A stretch of DNA of 64,000 bases, taken from a virus. The DNA lies in the IMG/VR virus record IMGVR_UViG_3300043313_001352, positions 50,035-114,034 of that record. One strand, given 5' to 3'. Below are positions 60,748-64,000 of the stretch, in pieces. The translations under genes were made by a program, and so were the position numbers. Within the stretch, counting starts at the first letter, position 1. Each line of letters begins with the position of its first letter. The notes under the pieces were generated by a model. It was not told where the DNA came from and did no database searches. It saw only the letters and a program-made list of their open reading frames with translations.

Positions 60748-61671
60748 TCAGGCAGCGGGTGCGCACTTGGCGCCCTCGTCCGACCAGTAGAACCAGTCGC
60801 CGTTGCCGTTGGCCTTGCCAGGGCGGTACGGCTTGTTCACGCCGCGCGTGGCGAAGTCGTGCTCACCACCTGGCGTGTTGGAGTGGACCTTCCACAGCGG
60901 GTCGTTCAGGTCCGGGATACCGTCGTGGTTGGCGTCCAGGCCGTTCTTGGTGAAGTTCCCGGTGTAGTTGTGCCAGACGCCCTTGATCTCGTCCTTGCAG
61001 GGCGGGATGCACTCGCCGGACTGCGTCAGCGTGATGTCGTCGATCGCGAAGTCGTTGCCGGAGTAGGCGGTGCCGTCGTTCACGATCTTGACCGTCATGT
61101 TGGCGGCGGGCACGACCGAACCGCTGATCGCAATCTGGTTGGCCGGGTCGTTCGAGAGGACGGTCTGCGAGCCGATGAGCTGGTTGTTGACGAACACGCT
61201 GATCGCAGCGCCGCCGTCCGAGGCGGCCGACAGCGGCAGGATGTTCGTCATGTTCGCACCGAAGGTGTAGCGCACCTGCGAGAGCGGGTTGTCACACACC
61301 GTGCCGGTGGCGCTGGCCTCCAGCACCTTCTGGTCCAGGCTCAGGTTGCCGTTGACGATCAGCATGTTGTCGCCGCCGTCGTAGTTGGCCCAGAACTCGT
61401 GGAAGGCGTTCGGGTTGGACCCGATGACGTACGTGCCGGGGTCCCACATCGAACCGGCGGGCCGGTTGCCGTCGGTGGCCTGGCCGAGGAACGTGGTGTG
61501 GGAGAAGTCGGTCGTCTCGCCGAGATCGGTCAGCAGCGTGGACGGCGTGGCGGTGTCGAAGTTGATGTTGAGGATCTGGTCGCCGTCAGCGGCATCAGCC
61601 GGTGAGGTGACGAGGGCGAGCGGAGCGGCGACCACAACGGCCGCGGCCAAGCCCGTGAGTATCTTGCGCAT
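60748..61671 (-). CDS. secreted protein with beta-sandwich/CBM-like domain
   Basis: Signal peptide MRKILTGLAAAVVVAAPLALVTSPADA; GNDFAIDDI motif. Confidence 0.75.
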   Translation of the reverse strand: MRKILTGLAAAVVVAAPLALVTSPADAADGDQILNINFDTATPSTLLTDLGETTDFSHTTFLGQATDGNRPAGSMWDPGTYVIGSNPNAFHEFWANYDGGDNMLIVNGNLSLDQKVLEASATGTVCDNPLSQVRYTFGANMTNILPLSAASDGGAAISVFVNNQLIGSQTVLSNDPANQIAISGSVVPAANMTVKIVNDGTAYSGNDFAIDDITLTQSGECIPPCKDEIKGVWHNYTGNFTKNGLDANHDGIPDLNDPLWKVHSNTPGGEHDFATRGVNKPYRPGKANGNGDWFYWSDEGAKCAPAA

Positions 61672-61795
61672 GTCTTGCTTCTCTCTGTCGTTTGAACGGG
61701 ACATCCCGAGCTGCGAGACAAGTTAGCGCAAGATCCATACAGATGTGTGGAGTTGTTGAAAACTCCAACGTAGAGGTGCTGGAGGTCTAGACCAG

Positions 61796-62266
61796 CTAGG
61801 AGGCGAGGCCCTTGGGACGCTCGCGCGGGTTGTCGATGTCGTTCCAGGCCGCGCTGGGCACCCAGCCCTGGCGCTGCGCCGCCTCGATGCTGCGGCGGCG
61901 CAGCCCGGTCTCGGTCTGCCCGCGCAGCTCCCCGCGCAGCCACCGCCCCCACAGCACCTCGTGGGCCTGCTCGATGCGCTCCGCGGTGGTGCGCAGCACC
62001 AGGTCGCGCCGCAGCACCACGCTGACCGCGGCCGGGGTCACCCAGCCGCACACCGCGGCGATCTCGTCGAGCTTCCAGCCCATCAGCTTCAGCGCCTGGA
62101 TCCGCCGCTGGGAGCCGGTGGCATCGACCCGACGTCGGCCGTCGTTGCCGTGAATGGCGACGTCGGACTTCCACTTCTGGTTGTAGGCGTAGATCGCTGC
62201 CCGGCAGCAGTGCTCGCGGCACCCGGCCACCCAGCCACTGGTCTGCCCGTGCTGGATCTCGGTCAT
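61796..62266 (-). CDS. actinophage HTH-type DNA-binding protein
   Basis: HG...GCR..C motif, VDATGSQRRIQAL..MGW, WVPSAAWNDIDNP. Confidence 0.7.
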   Translation of the reverse strand: MTEIQHGQTSGWVAGCREHCCRAAIYAYNQKWKSDVAIHGNDGRRRVDATGSQRRIQALKLMGWKLDEIAAVCGWVTPAAVSVVLRRDLVLRTTAERIEQAHEVLWGRWLRGELRGQTETGLRRRSIEAAQRQGWVPSAAWNDIDNPRERPKGLAS

Positions 62267-62387
62267 CCGCGCCCCTCGTCATCCGTCGTTCGTCCTGCGT
62301 CGTTGGCGAGATGGTAGACCAATCCGCGTCACGTTCTGCTCCGAACCTCGTTACGCATGTAGGGGTAGGAGCAGTGGGGGCACCCCA

Positions 62388-62419
62388 GAGGCCCCGGACC
62401 CTTGCGGGTCCGGGGCCTC
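62388..62419 (-). terminator. 14-bp stem GCAA-tetraloop hairpin after the TROVE gene
   Basis: gaggccccggaccc-ttgc-gggtccggggcctc. Confidence 0.7.
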
Positions 62420-62432
62420 GTCGTGGAGCGAG

Positions 62433-64000
62433 TCAGCTCTCCCAGGGCCAGTTCTGGTCCACGCCGACCTCGATCTGGGGGATCAGCCCCCAGCTCTGGT
62501 CGGTCAGACCACCGAAGCTGTGCCGGGTCGGACCCGACTCACCGTGGGCCGCACGGTAGCCCGCGACGTTCCAGGTGTAGCAGAACACGTCGTCCGGCAG
62601 CAGCGTGTCGAGCCCACCGCCGAGCGAGTCGTAGTGCGCCTGCTCGTCGGTGACGATGATGACCCGCTTGTGCACGTCCGGCTGGAAGTGCTCGCGCACC
62701 GCCTGCATCGTGGCCGTGCCACCCATCGAGGTGAACTTGGCCATGTGCTCCAGCACACCCTTCGACCGGTCGACCTTGACCACTGCCGAGCCCGTGCCGT
62801 ACTGCACCAGCGTCGGACGCTCGGCCCGCAGCGCCAGCGCCGAGCTGAACAGCGCCGCCTGCTCGTAGGGGAACGTCTTGCCCCGCTCCGAGCCGCCCCA
62901 GGGCCACATCGACCCGGACATGTCGGCCAGGATCAGCGTGCCCCCGTCCAGGCTCGGCACGTTCGCCAGCGAGTACTGCAGCCCCGCGCTGAGCGACGTC
63001 GCCCAGTGGTTGCCCTCGGTGGCCTTGAACGCGGAGTAGAACCGGAACGGGAACTGCCGCGACCGCTTCACCTCGTCCTGGTCAGCCAGGATCGCCTTGA
63101 CGTGCTTGACCACGTCGGAGGAGATCTTGGCCTCGTCGAAGTTGCGCAGGTTGCGGAGCAGGGCCATGTAGCCCATCCCGTGCTGGATGAACAGCTTCCA
63201 CTGGTCGGCCTCGGACACGCGCTCGAAGGTGCGGTCCTCGGTGCTCTCACCCAGCCAGGACTTGCCCCACTCCCACTGCCCGGCCAACGCCTGCAGCCAG
63301 CGGAACTCCGGATCCGGCTCACCGGCGAGCACCTGCCGCACGAACGCGTGCCGCTCAGCGATCGCCAGCTCGTTCAGCGCCTGCCGGTTGGTGATGGCCT
63401 TGAGCATCGCCAGGTCCGCCTCGGGAGTCTCCCGGCGTGCGTGACGCCGGTCGAGCAGCCAGCCGAACAGCGCCGACTGCTCCGGCCCCTTGGGGGTCGG
63501 GTGAGTCAGCTCGACCACGTCACCCAGACGCATCGCGCCACGGTTGCCGTCGTAGCGCAGCGCCGCACGCTGGTTGAAGACCTTGCGCGCCGCATCAGCG
63601 ACGCCTCGCTTCACCGGCATCGGCAGGTTGCGCCCGTACCGGGTCTGCCAGTAGGCGATGAACTCGCCGGGCTCGTCGGCACGCAGGCACGCAGCCGCGA
63701 TCACCTGCCGGTTGAGCCCAGGCGCGAGCGGGGCCGTGAGGCGCTCGCCCTTCTCAGGTGCCTCGGAGACACCGGCGTCCAGGCGGGCCTTGACGAACTC
63801 GGCCGCGACCAGGATCGAGACCGAGCGCATGTTGGCCTTGGCCCGCAGCCACTCGACGAAGTTGCGCACCCACTGCGGGTCTTCGAGCGTGACCCGCTTG
63901 ACCAGCTCGCGGAGTCGATTCTCGCGATCGCTGGGAGACTCGTAGAACGTCGGCTCCAGCGTGGTGGACACGGCGCTCAGGTACAGCTCCGCCTTGGGCT
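62433..64000 (-). CDS. TROVE/Ro60 (Rsr-like) RNA-binding protein with vWA domain (5' end beyond window)
   Basis: The frame stays open to the window edge (PKAELYLSAVST..TFYES); RADEPGE, MALLRNLRN, FPFRF, vWA DMSGSM...TDEQ. Confidence 0.9.
   Translation of the reverse strand, partial: PKAELYLSAVSTTLEPTFYESPSDRENRLRELVKRVTLEDPQWVRNFVEWLRAKANMRSVSILVAAEFVKARLDAGVSEAPEKGERLTAPLAPGLNRQVIAAACLRADEPGEFIAYWQTRYGRNLPMPVKRGVADAARKVFNQRAALRYDGNRGAMRLGDVVELTHPTPKGPEQSALFGWLLDRRHARRETPEADLAMLKAITNRQALNELAIAERHAFVRQVLAGEPDPEFRWLQALAGQWEWGKSWLGESTEDRTFERVSEADQWKLFIQHGMGYMALLRNLRNFDEAKISSDVVKHVKAILADQDEVKRSRQFPFRFYSAFKATEGNHWATSLSAGLQYSLANVPSLDGGTLILADMSGSMWPWGGSERGKTFPYEQAALFSSALALRAERPTLVQYGTGSAVVKVDRSKGVLEHMAKFTSMGGTATMQAVREHFQPDVHKRVIIVTDEQAHYDSLGGGLDTLLPDDVFCYTWNVAGYRAAHGESGPTRHSFGGLTDQSWGLIPQIEVGVDQNWPWES

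Noticed and set aside
1-64000. tRNA, rRNA, integrase, capsid/terminase large subunit
   Set aside because: No cloverleaf/TpsiC signatures or recognisable motifs found by eye; head genes presumably lie outside the window.

Overview
This window is a 64-kb segment of a large, high-GC tailed bacteriophage, probably infecting Actinobacteria (judged from the Lsr2-like gene, leaderless TANNNT promoters and actinophage-type lysin and tail genes). From left to right it carries regulatory genes (RNAP alpha-CTD-like, Lsr2-like, HTH), many small hypotheticals, HNH and DUF559 nucleases, two primase genes, a glycosyltransferase and a tail/lysis module with a 4116-aa repeat-rich tail protein. Further right are an SSB/Sak4/Cas4-like recombination module, a SNF2 helicase, a second glycosyltransferase and a TROVE/Ro60 gene cut by the window edge. 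The standout feature is a compact putative RNA-guided system at 21084-26343: a RAMP/Cas7-like gene, a hairpin, a ~4-kb non-coding array of GGY-NN pentamers divided by GGCA-GGC into roughly 80 units, and a conserved accessory gene. A second, orphan mini-array lies at ~5487-5838. Reading only the variable NN dinucleotides as codon positions 1-2 (third base skipped) gives recognisable enzyme motifs. Examples are SIVGLGGTGTYILD (ThiF/E1), VSTHPDSDHI (ComEC-type MBL), TRFTLAHEWAHI (ImmA/IrrE) and RPASILITTLA (CD-NTase-like). One orphan-array unit decodes to TEDHIVPRTD(L/F)P and matches the adjacent phage HNH gene (GEDHIVPRADLP). This points to a gapped, wobble-insensitive antisense guide code aimed at conserved motifs of host defence, mobile-element and cell-surface genes. 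All decoding was done by hand and no searches were run.
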